Shown here one piece after another: positions 23,150-35,060 of a stretch of 64,000 bases of DNA. Under the pieces are notes generated by a model that saw nothing but the letters and a program-made list of their open reading frames with translations, did no database searches and had not been told where the DNA came from. Source of the stretch: Raillietiella orientalis. Lineage: Eukaryota. The position numbers were made by a program, and so were the translations under genes. Position 1 is the first letter of the stretch; every line of letters begins with the position of its first letter. The stretch covers positions 3,596,001 to 3,660,000 of the forward strand of contig JAYWIR010000001.1 in assembly GCA_036172245.1 (NCBI GenBank). The letters run 5' to 3'.

Positions 23150-24428
23150 TCTCACAGCCTCCAACGCGGGTACAGAGGAAGGTGATCATCTTCAAGGTTA
23201 CAGGAATACCTTCCAGTGTCCCGTGTCTTCCAAGAACACCCGTCTCGGCAAAGAGTAGTTCCTCTGGTACGTTTAAACATTTGCATCAAACAACTGCTCT
23301 TAAAGATTCCTGGTTGAAGAGCCGTTCAGGAGATGACCGGACGATGTCCGCAATGCTGAGCCACCACGACAAGGAACTCTCTTTACTTCGGTGGATCGGT
23401 AGTGAGCCCATCTTCGCTTTCAGTCTCTCTCCACCTTTGCCAGGCAACCACCGTAGTGAACTCCAACTTGTGAGTCATAGTGCAGCCCACCACGTTTGCG
23501 TGGGCGCAAAGAACTTCTCTAGCTGCGCCGCTGTCCCCCCTTATAGAGCACCTGGGCAGTAAGCAGCCGGCCAAATGGAAGGTCAGTTGCGAAATAGGTT
23601 ATCGGACAAAAGAACTAGGAGGTTGGACCACGGGTCAGCTCACGGACTCTGTGACTCCAACTGCCCAACCGAAAGGACTGTTGCTTTGGGGCAAGCCGCA
23701 GGGAATCCCACAGAAAGACCTCAAGTGACCCCTAGCGCTAAAAAATAACCAGACCCTCCCTCTGAAGTAGCAGGAGTCGACATTTCTGTTGTTGCACTGG
23801 GGTATCTTGTTCAACACCTGCCGGTCTCACTAGACCCGGGGGCTGTGGACCCGCACTGCTGCAGATGCGGGGAACGGGAATCCAAGCTCCCATACCTGCT
23901 TGTAGATTGTTGCCCTTCGGTCCCTGTGGTAGCATTATGCAACGGCCCTTGGTGCACCGACGGACAATCCCAGGGACATGTTGCAGCTCCTATTCGTACG
24001 CGACGCCCTTTCGCCTATTGCATCCCTAGCAGCTCTTTGCTGTTGCCTACATGGGATTGTGGCGGCCTGGAGGCACGCGACAGGAGGACGACGGCACGAT
24101 GGAAACGCCATTTGCTTCGCCCTGCGCCTCATAAGGATGGTAGCAAGATGGTCCCACCTGGAACATACTCGGATAGAACTTGCCGGCATCCTGGAAAGGA
24201 TTCAGAGGAAGCCCTCCAATGGACAGTGATCCCTTCCCTAACCCCCCCAATTTTTTGTATATATTTTTTTGCTTTTGTTTCATTTTTGTTTGTCCCTCCG
24301 CTGCCGAGGCGAACCTCGCCGGCCTGCGTGCCGGTTAATCACCAGGTTCTGAACATTTTCGGACGATGTGGGGCCGATGGTCCTACACATGTATGTTTAT
24401 TATTTTTGTAATAAACGCCCTGGCGTCA
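23150..24428 (+). mobile_element. 3' part of a LINE: post-RT ORF2, zf-RVT-like motif and 3' UTR
   Basis: RTSLAAPLSPLIEHLGSKQPAKWKVSCEI...LGGWTTGQLTD is homologous to KTSLAAALPSLREHLGSSLMARWEVTVEI...LGEWTMGQLTD (32575-32725, minus). It also contains DPHCCRCGERESKLPYLLVDC and C-terminal NPRDMLQLLFVRDALSP...ARWSHL with a stop at 24227-24229. AATAAA is at 24410. Confidence 0.65.
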
Positions 24429-24551
24429 CGGACCAACTTGAGAGTCTGCTGTGAACGAAGTTGACGGAAATGCCTGTCTCAGGAAAGATGAAAAGGGAAG
24501 GAACGCATCGAACCATGGAGAAAGTGATAGTGCTGATGTGAGGAGCTGATA

Positions 24552-26872
24552 GTGCGTGTTTCCCTCACGCACTATCACCGGTACCTGCACGCCTACCTGC
24601 GTTTATTCCACCAGCTGGCCCTCTGCATCCGAGAAGGACGACTACCAGAATCCTTCTATGAGAGTAGGATGAGATTGCTGCCGAAAGGAGGCGACCTGAC
24701 CAAAGGTTGCTCAATGGAGGCCAATCTCCATCCTGAACTCCGATGCCAAGTGGTTGGCAAAGATCTGGGCCAACCGCTTAGGCAAGGTCATGCCAAAGCT
24801 CATCTCTCCGGTCCAGAACTTGACATTGTCCGACATGTGCGGTGCCCGGACGCCACATGTCGGACAATGTCAAGTTCTCCCAAGCCATCGTGGGACTCAG
24901 TCGATACGTCGGCGAGAACCTGGTGCTGGTGTTCACTGAAATGGAGAAAGCTTTCGACATTATCGACCATGGGATGCTGATGAAGATTCTGGGAAAGCTG
25001 GGCCTCCCGGAATACTTCGGCAACTTCGTAAGGATGGTACTCCAGAAACAGTACTTCCATATCAAGATTAATGGAGAAGAGAGGGCCGCCGTCAGGATGG
25101 AACGGGGAGTCCGCCAGGGCGACTCACTAAGTCCCATGCTGTTCGTCATCTATATGGAGGCGCTGCCTTCTTACATCGAGAAGAGCGGGCGTCTCAAAGG
25201 GATCAACATCGATAACCAGAAGCTCACCCATCTGGCGTACGCGGATGATCTTCTCTTCTTCATCAAGGGAGAACGAAATCAGCAAGCGTTCCTAGATGTG
25301 GTGGACCTTATGGAAAAGGGTTGGGCTTGGAGATCAACGCCCAGAAAAGTCAACTTTTGTCCATCGGAATCCTAGACCTCTCCGCTCTCACGGGGAGAGG
25401 ATTCCGAACGGTGGACACCGCCAAGTACCTGGGAGTCCACATCGGCGACGACTCTGCGTCGAAGCTCCTGTGGACGGAAATCCTAGGGAAAACGGCAAAG
25501 GAAGCAGCAAGATATGAAGGAATGAAGGATGAAGGCCAAAATTTGGAACGGAGTGCTTTTTCCAAAGGTGCTATTCGGAGCGGCCTTCTAAAGGATGGAA
25601 ATGGGGAACCAATCGCCCCAGACTTAGACTGAAACCCTTGTGTCGTCCCAAGGAAGAAGGTGAAACCGGGATGAATTCGCTTGCACATTCCATGGAAATC
25701 ATGGATACGCGACACATCCTGGATATCGCTGCTCACTGAGACGACTGGCCGTATGCGGCGCATGGGGCCTTCTTGATGTTGAACTCGAAAGGCCTGATGA
25801 CTGCGCTGCTAGGCCGAGCAGAGGAATGGATCACCATCGACCCCACCTATAGAAGAAAACAACGACTGGTGCGAAAGCACAAACTCAAGATCGTACCAAG
25901 AAGCAGGGAACTCTGGCAGGAGGAATCTATCCTGGTGATCCCTTGGATGCTTCCGGTCTCCCCGCACACAAGAAGCTGGATCTACCAGCGGCCCAGTATT
26001 ACCCTGCAACGCATCCAGGAATGGAGAAGAGGAGGGTATCTACACCATTCTCGTATACTACGGTATATCGAGATGGTGTTAGGACGATATACCTACAGGA
26101 CGCACGAAGTGTGGAAAAACCACAATGACTTTGCTTGGTCCAGGGTGAACAAACATAACCTCCGCAGCTTAATAAAAGAAGTTCAAGACATCAATGCCCT
26201 CCAAGAAGCCGCCGATCGCTACGGGAGTGACAGGATCAACCCGTTAGCGATTATCACAACCCTTTAGAGAAATGACCTACAGCCGGACACCCAGGATAAC
26301 CTCCTGATGTTTTATCACGAGGAATCCTGAGCGGGTCCAGACTGAAGTATTTCACAAGAAGACGGGATGACGAAGACTGCAAGGCATGTGAAGACACAGA
26401 TACAAGACTACAGATCTTGTCTCACATTGTTCCGCGACTCGGTAATCCTGAAAAGGATTATAGGAATGACCACCAGTTCCGTGATGGAAATACTTGCCGG
26501 GATGTTTCAGGGAACTAAAAATGTTCCCTCCTACAATCCCATGGTGAGAACGACCATCGCTCTCTTCATCACCGCCATACTTGTGCGGTGGTGGAAGATA
26601 AGGAAAGCCAGGAGAGCCGCATCCCCGATGGAGATTCTGCAAGGACTCATGCAGAAGGAGATGGGCATCAGGAATTGTGGACGAGTGCCGGCCTGGACGT
26701 ACCAATACATCCTGAAAAGGATCGAGGACGACGCCCGGGAAACAACAACGAGGATCTCACCCTGAGTGCAGAACTTGTGACACCCTGAAAGGACTTCATA
26801 GTGGTAATACAGTGGTGAAATAGTGTGAATGCAATTGTAATATGAGTGTTTTAGAATAAAACGAAATAAATT
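24552..26872 (+). mobile_element. 5'-truncated, frameshifted non-LTR retrotransposon (L1/Tx1-like) ORF2 with reverse transcriptase
   Basis: RT motifs appear in order: RLLPKGGDL, WRPISILNSDAK, KIWANRL, PGRHMSDN, EKAFDIIDH, KING, RGVRQGDSLSPMLF, HLAYADDLLFF, GLEINAQKS, KYLGV. Broken C-terminal ORFs follow (25773-26267, 26367-26765), then an A-rich end gaataaaacgaaataaa. Confidence 0.93.
24842..25375 (+). pseudogene. Reverse transcriptase core (YADD) of the LINE
   Basis: The open segment contains KAFD, QG and YADD motifs, with frameshifts on both sides. Confidence 0.93.
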
Positions 26873-27299
26873 TACCCCACCCCTTGTGGGACTTGGGGAA
26901 AATCGAACCATGGAGGAAAATGGGCTGGCAAGCAGATTCAATGCGTTTCTCAGACGGAGGAAGGTCATGTTTCTCGTTCTGGTCGAAGAGATGAAGGTGG
27001 ATCCCGCAGTGACGATGGAAAAGTCTGGTTCCCAACAGGGTGTCTCGAAATCTTGATTTTTTTCTTAATCACCATTTCTAATGCTTGTTCTGGAAAAATG
27101 GCAAGATGATTATTAGGAGTGAACCTCTAGCTTACGTCCAGATCGGAACGTTAGTCTCCTCTCGTGGAATGAGTGTGGTCCACCGCTGTCTTCTCTGGAG
27201 TATTTGTTCGGAAGCAGCCACGAATCACATGGTAGTGGGAGCGAACCTGCCGTCCAAGCTGACCAATGCCTTGCTTCTGCAGGCGGACCCCCTAAGCGA

Positions 27300-28000
27300 G
27301 TCGCAAGGAGTCTGCCGGCTTCATCGGGCTCGGGGTGGAATATTCTATCGCCTCGTTCAAGTCGATAGAGCTCTTGTGCCTCTTGCAGCGCTCGATGTCC
27401 CTCCACCTGACGACGGCGGGAGGAAGACCCACCTCCTCATCTTGCCTCCCCTACCCCTAGCTCCTTTGGATTCCAGCCTCCCTGCGCTTCTCAGGCGGGG
27501 CGATCCGATGCAGAACGTCCTTGTTCACCTTCATCTGGTCGGTCAGAGCTCCCCCACGAACCACCCCATGCTGTCGAGGATCTCCACCACCAAACTCACC
27601 AGGGTGCTGCTGACGCGGTGCAGGTGGAAGGTCCTCGTTTCCAGAATCCGACTGCCAACGCGTCACCTCGCATGCAGCCACGCTGCCCGAAGCTTCTGGT
27701 CCAGGTTTCGTCGAGCAGCTCCCCGGTGGAATCATCCCTGCTGCGACCACCGCCCCTCTCTTGCAGCTCGAGGTCCACATTGGTTTCCACGTCCGCTGCC
27801 CCACGGCGCTGACGGTTCCCAGGACGCTCAACTCCGAAAACCAGACAAGAAAAATTTCACATCCCTCCTTTCCATCTCTCTTTGATCCCGTGTGCTCCTT
27901 GCTGCTCTTTTGAAAAGCTAAGAGTAAGATGTCTGCCCGACTGTCGACGGAACTCAGGGGCCTGTCATTTCGTCGGAAAATGCTTGAAGGTTTCAGCGAC
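27300..28000 (-). pseudogene. Probable LINE ORF1 remnant
   Basis: RILETRTFHLHRVSSTLVSLVVEILDSMGWFV and EGHRA resemble the Tx1-type ORF1 RRM and knuckle. RPLSSVDSRADI parallels RPLGGLDSGKEL at ~53330-53365. Confidence 0.3.
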
Positions 28001-28418
28001 TCCATCCACTCCGACTCGCTCCTGAGCCGAAATTCTGTTTTCCTCCCTTCTCTGAGGAGGAGAAATGGCGATTCCTGAAGATTTGCATCCGGTGACGCCG
28101 AAGCCGTTGTTTTATAGATAAACCTACAAGAAGGGAAAGTGACCTTTGAGACGTAGATTTTCCTGTAAAACGTCCGAGGGAAGTTCAAGGAGAGGATGCC
28201 CGACATGCCCGACCGTTTTCCTGAACGTCCGGAGGGGGGGAGGTTAGGGACGAAAAACAAAAACAAAAATAAATTAGAGGGGAAAGGCGAGGTCTTTGGC
28301 TTTTTCCGTTCCCTCATGAAGCACCGGGAAAAGTCCGGAATGGGCAGGAGTTAGCAGTAAACGATAATATAAAAAGGAGGGCGGACCAAAGGTCACGGAC
28401 AGACTCCGTTCCTTCCTT

Positions 28419-28890
28419 TCAGAAGAGATGCAGGATATAGACGATCTCCTTCTTGACTTCTACGTCTAGGTGGGTCCACCTGGCAGCCGTCCTCATGAAG
28501 ACAGCTGCGATGCTGACGGCCTTCGTTCTCTGCACCCGAGACTCCAGCAAATGGCGGGCCGTAACGATGGCACGGATGCAACACGTCGTCGCTATCGCGG
28601 CGCCTGTAGTGGCTCCACTTCTCGCAAAGAACCACTGCAGCAAGTCCATCGCGGTGTCTCCGGTGTGCGGAAGTGCCGAATTCAGCCTCCGCCAAAGTTC
28701 CTGGATGGCACTGAAGTCCAACAAGAGACGCAGGAACGATCCCCGCAGAGGGAGCTGCGGTGGGCAGCTCAGCTCGATCCGTGGGTCTGCGCGCATTCAG
28801 AGGTGCTTTCCATTTCTAGCTGGGGGCAGGCAGTGCCGATGGACGTGTCACATCGTGTCTTCAGTGGCAACATCGGGGAGTTCCTGAGTT
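28419..28890 (-). mobile_element. LINE ORF2 C-terminal fragment
   Basis: TGDTAMDLLQWFFARSGATTGAAIATTCCIRAIV...FMRTAARWTHL...EIVYIL* aligns with TDNPRDMLQLLFVRDALSPIASLAALCCCLHGIV...IRMVARWSHL...ELAGIL at 23957-24229. Confidence 0.55.
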
Positions 28891-31753
28891 CATTCTGTGT
28901 GTGCACGATCGTTTGCTCACTCTGAGGTCTTCTGCTTTTCACAGGAGAAGGATAGATGATGAAGGATAGAAGATAGATAATGAAAAAAAACAAAACAAAA
29001 GAAAAACAAAGGGTGGAAGGGAGTGCAACCGGTGTATTTCTTGGATTTCACATTTTTTTGAACAAGCTTCGTTTCCAAGACAGGAGAAAAAAAAAAAAAA
29101 AAGGAAAATTCCCTTAAAGGCTGGCGCTCAATAATCTCGGCTGATGCCTTTAGCAGTTATTTCATTTCAGACGCAGCCGAGATCGCATCTTTTCGATTTC
29201 CAACTGCGTCGCGTCTTCTGCTTTTTTGGAATCAACAGATCTGGGATGCAGACGTCATGCTGCGTACGTCTTCGGGGGAGGGGAGGGGAAAAGGGAGGAA
29301 GGAGGGAATCTCGTCTTCCCCCCATTAATTCCCAGAATCCGAATGCTCTTGGTCTTAATCCTGGACACGTGCGACTCGAGTCCTCACCTCACTTATTCTC
29401 AGCAGGAAAATGGACCCTCCTTTCCTCGTTCTTCCGTGTCCCTATGAATCCAATAACGCTTCCCGTTGCAATTCCGGGACCAGGAAGATGAGGCGCTCAA
29501 AGGAAAAATGCCTCCGCAGCATCCACTCCCCGCGCCTTCTGCTGACATGGATTTGCATTTCCACAGCAGAGGCAGCTTCCCAGGCACTTTCAGCGCACTG
29601 TGGATGTTCTTGAAAGGTCACCAGTGCCGTTCTCCTTTCATGCTTTGCCTCCTCTCTGAGAGGCGCCTAACCAGACGAGAAAACCGAATCAGGAGATTTT
29701 TCTTTCGGGAACACATCTCTTGGCCTAGGAGCAGAGGAAATTACGTGCTTCCGGTTGATCCTGCTGGAAAAGAATGATTTTTGTGCAGCCACAGCGGCGG
29801 GATTGAGTTCAAGCCCGATTACCGTCTGTGTTGGCGGGATCGAAGGAGAGAAGTTTCATCAGCAAGAACCAATCTTCACTAGATGATTCCTCCATGAATG
29901 TGTGTGTGTGTGTGCCTTTTTGCTCTTTTCTTCTCCCACCCCCTTCGTATATGTCAGAAATGGGGGCAAGTTCTGCTTTGGGTCTCATGTATTTCTGGCT
30001 CCTTGGAAGACTGGAAAACAACGGCTCTGCGATGGATCGCGAGTAGCACTCGGGCAGCAGCACGGGTGCAAATCATGCAGAAGCTCGCAACTTGAAGAAT
30101 GCAGGAAAGGAGGTACACGTGAAATAGAATGGGATAAAAAGGACATAGAATGAGATCCACAAGAGAACGGAATCGGTCGTAGAACGAAATCAAGGCGTGC
30201 GGTCTTAGCTGGAATCCTCCTTCGTCCAAGGAATCTTCTTCAGAGGTCTCCCTTTCAACAAAATGGACCAAGCACTGATCTCTGTGATGCTGAGGCTGCC
30301 TGCGAGTGCGGTAGATAGGATCTATCGGGATCCTAGAAGGAATGACTCATGGCGAGCAGCTCCACACAGAGTGCGATGCAGTTAAGGGTGATGGAAGTTG
30401 GACCACAGGAATGGGTTCAGCTCTCTTTTTTATTACACTCCAAGCTGCGAAGAAGATAGTGGACCAAACGAAAACCACCCTGCATCATTTAGTTACATTC
30501 AAAGTATTTAATTCATTTTCATGGATCCTTTCCTAATAATGATGTGTTGCATGTGAGATTTTCTGTGCATTATGGATTATGCGCTGCTGAATCAACTGGC
30601 ACCTGGAAACCAATCCGAAATCACTCCTTTGGAAGCAGACGCGAGACCCACGTCTCAGCTACGAACGCCGTAATTGCGACATGTAATGAGATGACTCATT
30701 TGCGGATCCATGCGTGCATTGATGACTTGGCGAAGATCAGTGCAAATAAAAAGCTCTCCTACAAGTCAGGCCGGGTGATCCTGTAAAAATCTGGAGCAAG
30801 GGGAAATCGGTCGAACTTTAAGTCATTCGTTAGCAAAATGAGGTTCTTCCATAGTTCCCCTCGAAGATGAAGACGCAGGAACCTAGGCAGGAATTTGTCT
30901 ACGTGTTCACAGGTCCCTGCTTTCCGCTTTGATCGTAGGGAGTGGCGTCTGCACATGCGAATCGAGTGATTTCGTTGGGACGAATTTCGCACGTTCCGGA
31001 CGTGTTGACGCTGATGGAGGAAGGGAGGGAGAGACGCAAGACAATTATCAAAGAAACTGCTTTTGCAAAAAAGAGAAAGAAAAAAATCACAGGGGATCCC
31101 TCCGAATTTTCAAAGCCAAATTGGCATAATCTGTCGCGCTGTTTAGCATATCAGATGATGCCGTTCCAATTTCCGGAGTTGCTTTCACCGGGGCGTATTC
31201 GACAACGCATTCTTTAACGAACGACGTCTAACAGAACAAAAAAGAAAAAAAAAACCTTCTGAAGATGAGGAACCTTAGAAAATAAGAATCAGATGACGTT
31301 TTGGATGGTCAGGAAATGCTAAAAGCTGCTGGCGGATAAGCATTAAACAGATAACGAGACGTGCCCTCATCCATCTCGTTCCCCAAGGTTTCAACGATCC
31401 CCGGTAACTCTCAGGATTCCTAAGAACGCGTTTCCTGGAACGCGTTTCCTGTTCTTCCCTCGCCCTTCCTGTTGCTTCTGGCTCGTTCGCCGGCTTCCAG
31501 GGCCGCATCCTCTTTGCTTCCTCAGGAGCCTATCTCGCTTCTCCATGCTCTCATTCTGCCTCTCTTCTTCTCCAAAGTCCGCATTGAAGGCCGTGTGCCT
31601 ACGGTCTCCTCACGTGGGACAAAGTGCTGCAGGTTCTGAATACTTGTGAAGGATCGACGCCAGAGAAATGGGTGCCATGGATTTCCACGACGAACCCCTT
31701 TCAGAATGATGCTGGTTGGCCTATTCGAGTTTGGCACTGATTAACATCTGCTC

Positions 31754-32290
31754 ACGCTGGGGCGTTTATTTATAAAATAAACATACACATCTGTGGCAGG
31801 ACACGTTACTTATAGCTAGAAAGAACCTGCTGAGACACCGCAGACCAGCAGGGTTCGCCTCGGCAGCACAGGGGAAGAGGAGACAAACAAAAAGAAAAAA
31901 ATAAGACAAAAAAAAAAAAAAAGATTAAGGGTGGTGGTGAAGGCTTTGGGGAGGGATCACTGTTTGCTGAAGGGCGTACACCGCATCCTTGTAGAGAGAT
32001 CCGGCAAGTTCCTGTTTCAAGACTCCCAGTTGAAGCCATCTTGACGCTATCCTCACGAAGAGGTCAACAAAATAGTTGGCGTCCCTGTCATTCTGGCTTC
32101 CTCTGGAGTTGCTCCTTGTGATCAGGATCCCGCATAGCTGCAAAGTGTTGCTAGGGATGCGGCCGGCGAGAGGGCGTCTCTCAGGAAGAGGCGCTTTAAA
32201 ACGTCTCTGGGGTTGCCGCCTGGGGGTTCCAAGGGTCGCGGCAAAGAGCGGTTCCTCAAAAGGGCTGGATGACAACACAGTCCAGGTGTG
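31754..32290 (-). mobile_element. LINE 3' end: ORF2 C-terminus plus 3' UTR
   Basis: NPRDVLKRLFLRDALSPAASLATLC and VRIASRWLQL...ELAGSL match 23960-24229. The UTR at 31754-31962 matches 24226-24428. Confidence 0.7.
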
Positions 32291-32310
32291 GCACTGGTTG
32301 GCATCCGGTC

Positions 32311-33030
32311 ACGCCGGGGCGTTTATTTCTAAACCTACATGTCTGTGACAGGACGTTTGATCTTGTCACATTACTTATGGATACGAAAAGGAACCTGCTT
32401 GGATCTGGCACGCAGGCCAGCAGGGTGTGCCTCATCAGCACAAGGGAAGGAAGGAAAGACAAACAAAAAGAGAAAAACAAAACAAATAAAACTGCAGTCA
32501 AAAAAGATGAAGGAAGGGGGGGGATTCGGGAAGGCATCACTGTGTTGGAGGGCGCCCGCCATCCAACACACCGCTCACCGTCAGTGAGCTGGCCCATCGT
32601 CCACTCGCCTAGTCCTTTTCTCCTTCCGGAGATTTCCACAGTAACCTCCCATCTAGCCATAAGGCTGCTGCCCAGATGCTCTCTAAGGGAGGGCAGCGCA
32701 GCGGCTAGGGAGGTTTTGCTTGCCTATGCACTCTTCGCGGGATCTTCCAAGATCTCCTGGAGCGTGCAGTTGTTGTTGCGTTAGTACAGGGAACGTCACC
32801 CCTGTTCCGCTCTTGGCTCCTGGATCCGCGCCCACGTGCGGACGGTTTCCTGCAACCAGGCACTACTGTTCGCGGGGCGGCAAGAGATCCATCCGTTTTT
32901 CCTCGCCAGCGTGGCCACCTGCCGCAGGTGCAGTTCGTCTTGGATGAGGCTGAATGGAAGCACGCTGCCGGTGGCTTGCTGTACGAGAAGACGTGCAGGT
33001 TGGCACCAGGTGGTGCCCCAGAGATTTGCC
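32311..33030 (-). mobile_element. Internally deleted LINE 3' part: post-RT ORF2 joined to a second 3' UTR
   Basis: Peptide homology to 23480-23650. The UTR at 32311-32542 ends aataaacgccccggcgt, like the other two copies. Confidence 0.7.
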
Positions 33031-35060
33031 ACGAAGGCACTGGTGGAATCAGGAAATATGATGCCTCCGTTGAGGGGCCGGAATTTGGCAGTCGACCCTC
33101 CGGGGTCCTTCCAGAAATTGGTTTACTTCAGGGTTCTTCTCCGATTGTGCGAATAGAACCGTATCCTTCCTCCTCCCCCCCCAACTTCTACCATGGAGTT
33201 GGTGGCTTGATCTAGAGTGTCAAGAAGTGTGCTGCTTCTTTCGGGGAACAGACGCTCAGAGAAAGTTTGGAAGCGTCCCTTCGGGGTTCCCTTCGGACAC
33301 AACCAGGATGAGGGGCTCCCTCCCAAGCGTATGAGGAACGGACTCCTTTCTCCAGAACCCTTACTGAATTCATAAGGTGGTCCCCTCCTTTGTTATGCCC
33401 TGACTTGAGGAGGTGATACACGCACCCTCGGCTGGCATGGAACAGTGTTAAAGAGCTTCCTGAAACCCCAGGCGAGCAGTTCTTGAGTACATAGCTTCTC
33501 CCTGGGAATGAGATAGAGGTAGGAACGTTTGGCCACTGGAACACGTGACCGTTGTGTCGAGAAAGCTAGCCCCTTCCTTGACCGAGGAAACGAGTCTGCG
33601 GACAACTGCGAGCGTAAGGATCCGTGGTCTGGAAAGTGTCTTCATAATGACAGCAGGGATTTGCGAAATGTTTTCGTGTAAGAGTCTCGAAGAAGAGGAA
33701 GGAATACTGAGATTGTCATCGAGGAGACGCAAGACGCTTCGGCTAGACTGAGTGCAGAAACGGATTCTTCTCTCACAGAAGATCCGTAATCCCTCGAAAG
33801 CAAACAGCGGTATTTAGTGTGGGAGAAGGCGAAACATGAAATGCGATGAGACACTCGGAGAGACGCGAACGATTCAGTGGTAAACGCCGGTGCCGCCTGA
33901 AAGGAGTTCTCGTCGTTCGCTTTTATGAGGTATCATCTGACCTCATGGAAGGATGTCAGATAGTACCTTCCTCCTAGAATGGAAGAGATTATGGAAGAAC
34001 ATTATGGAGAATGCCAAGATCCATTGCCCGATTTCTGCCTCTGCAGGAATCTGACCATCAGAACGGATTTGCCAAAATCCAAGCAAAAATCGAAGGCATT
34101 TCTTCTTGACGAGAACTCTCAACGCACCTCAAGAGTTGTGGAAGCTGATGTCATCATACCCAGGGCAGGCGTCCGGGTATGTAAAGATAATGCAAAGTCC
34201 GAACAGGACGATCTCAAAATCATGGTTACCAGTCAGAGGTGTGACCGGGATATGAGGAAAAAACCCACCTCCAGACTACGCAAGGAAACATGGCTCTCTC
34301 TTGCGAAGGAATACCTTGGCGAAAGAATGTCCAGCTCTGATCAGCATCATAGATCGGGACTTTCGATCCAACGGAGAGAGAATGAGGTTTCATGGATTCT
34401 CGATCCATCCACGCGGTCCAGATCGACATACCTCACGTGAGAGTGTGGCCCACTAGCAGGGACTTTTGGGGCGCGAAGAGCTGCGGATACAGAGATTGAG
34501 GATATGAGACAGGGAAATCCTCGATCGCTGCATCAGCAACTCCGATCTCATCACCTGAAAATGCGATGAGTAGCCCAGCTCAGTGGACCACCCGGAAACA
34601 TGGGGAGCCGGTAGTTTTCAACAGGCAGATTTCTGGAACGGACCCGAAGCTACGAAGCAACTTGGTACTCCATGATGTTGAGGCCAGTGAACATCTCTTG
34701 CCCCTTCTAGAGCTCCTTCACAGTTTTCGAGTATTTCAGGCAAAACGAAGAGGTCAAATGAGTCGAGGGGTGACTCTTCATTTACCTTCCAAGCAAGTGT
34801 CAGGATCGTGCGAGCACCCTCCGTGCAGTGGCGACCTCGAATCCGAGGACTTAAAGCGCTGGAGACCTCCAGGAGATAGGTGGAGCATATCAGGCAAGAA
34901 ATGCAGTCAGCAAACATACCTTACTCTCGAGATGTATACCGGAAGCATCAGTTGTTTACCGACCCCAGTGAAGGAACTCTTCCAGAACCACCGACTTTTC
35001 CTGAGGAAAAAATTGTCCTATTGCGGAGATGGCAGAAAATCCATTTGTCCCCCTTATTAA
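33030..35060 (+). mobile_element. Decayed LINE: 5' region (copy 5), ORF1-like remnant and post-RT ORF2 remnant
   Basis: 33030-33500 is the reverse-complement homolog of the other 5' regions. 34360-34900 matches 19630-20060 and 53985-54180 (minus). It ends in LPTPVKELFQNHRLFLRKKL...ICP, resembling the start of zf-RVT. Confidence 0.5.

Noticed and set aside
32400..32442. Hammerhead ribozyme (minus strand CTGATGA-GGCAC...GTGCC)
   Set aside because: Stem II is not followed by GAAA, and the two homologous 3' UTRs read CTGCCGAG, so the catalytic core is not conserved.
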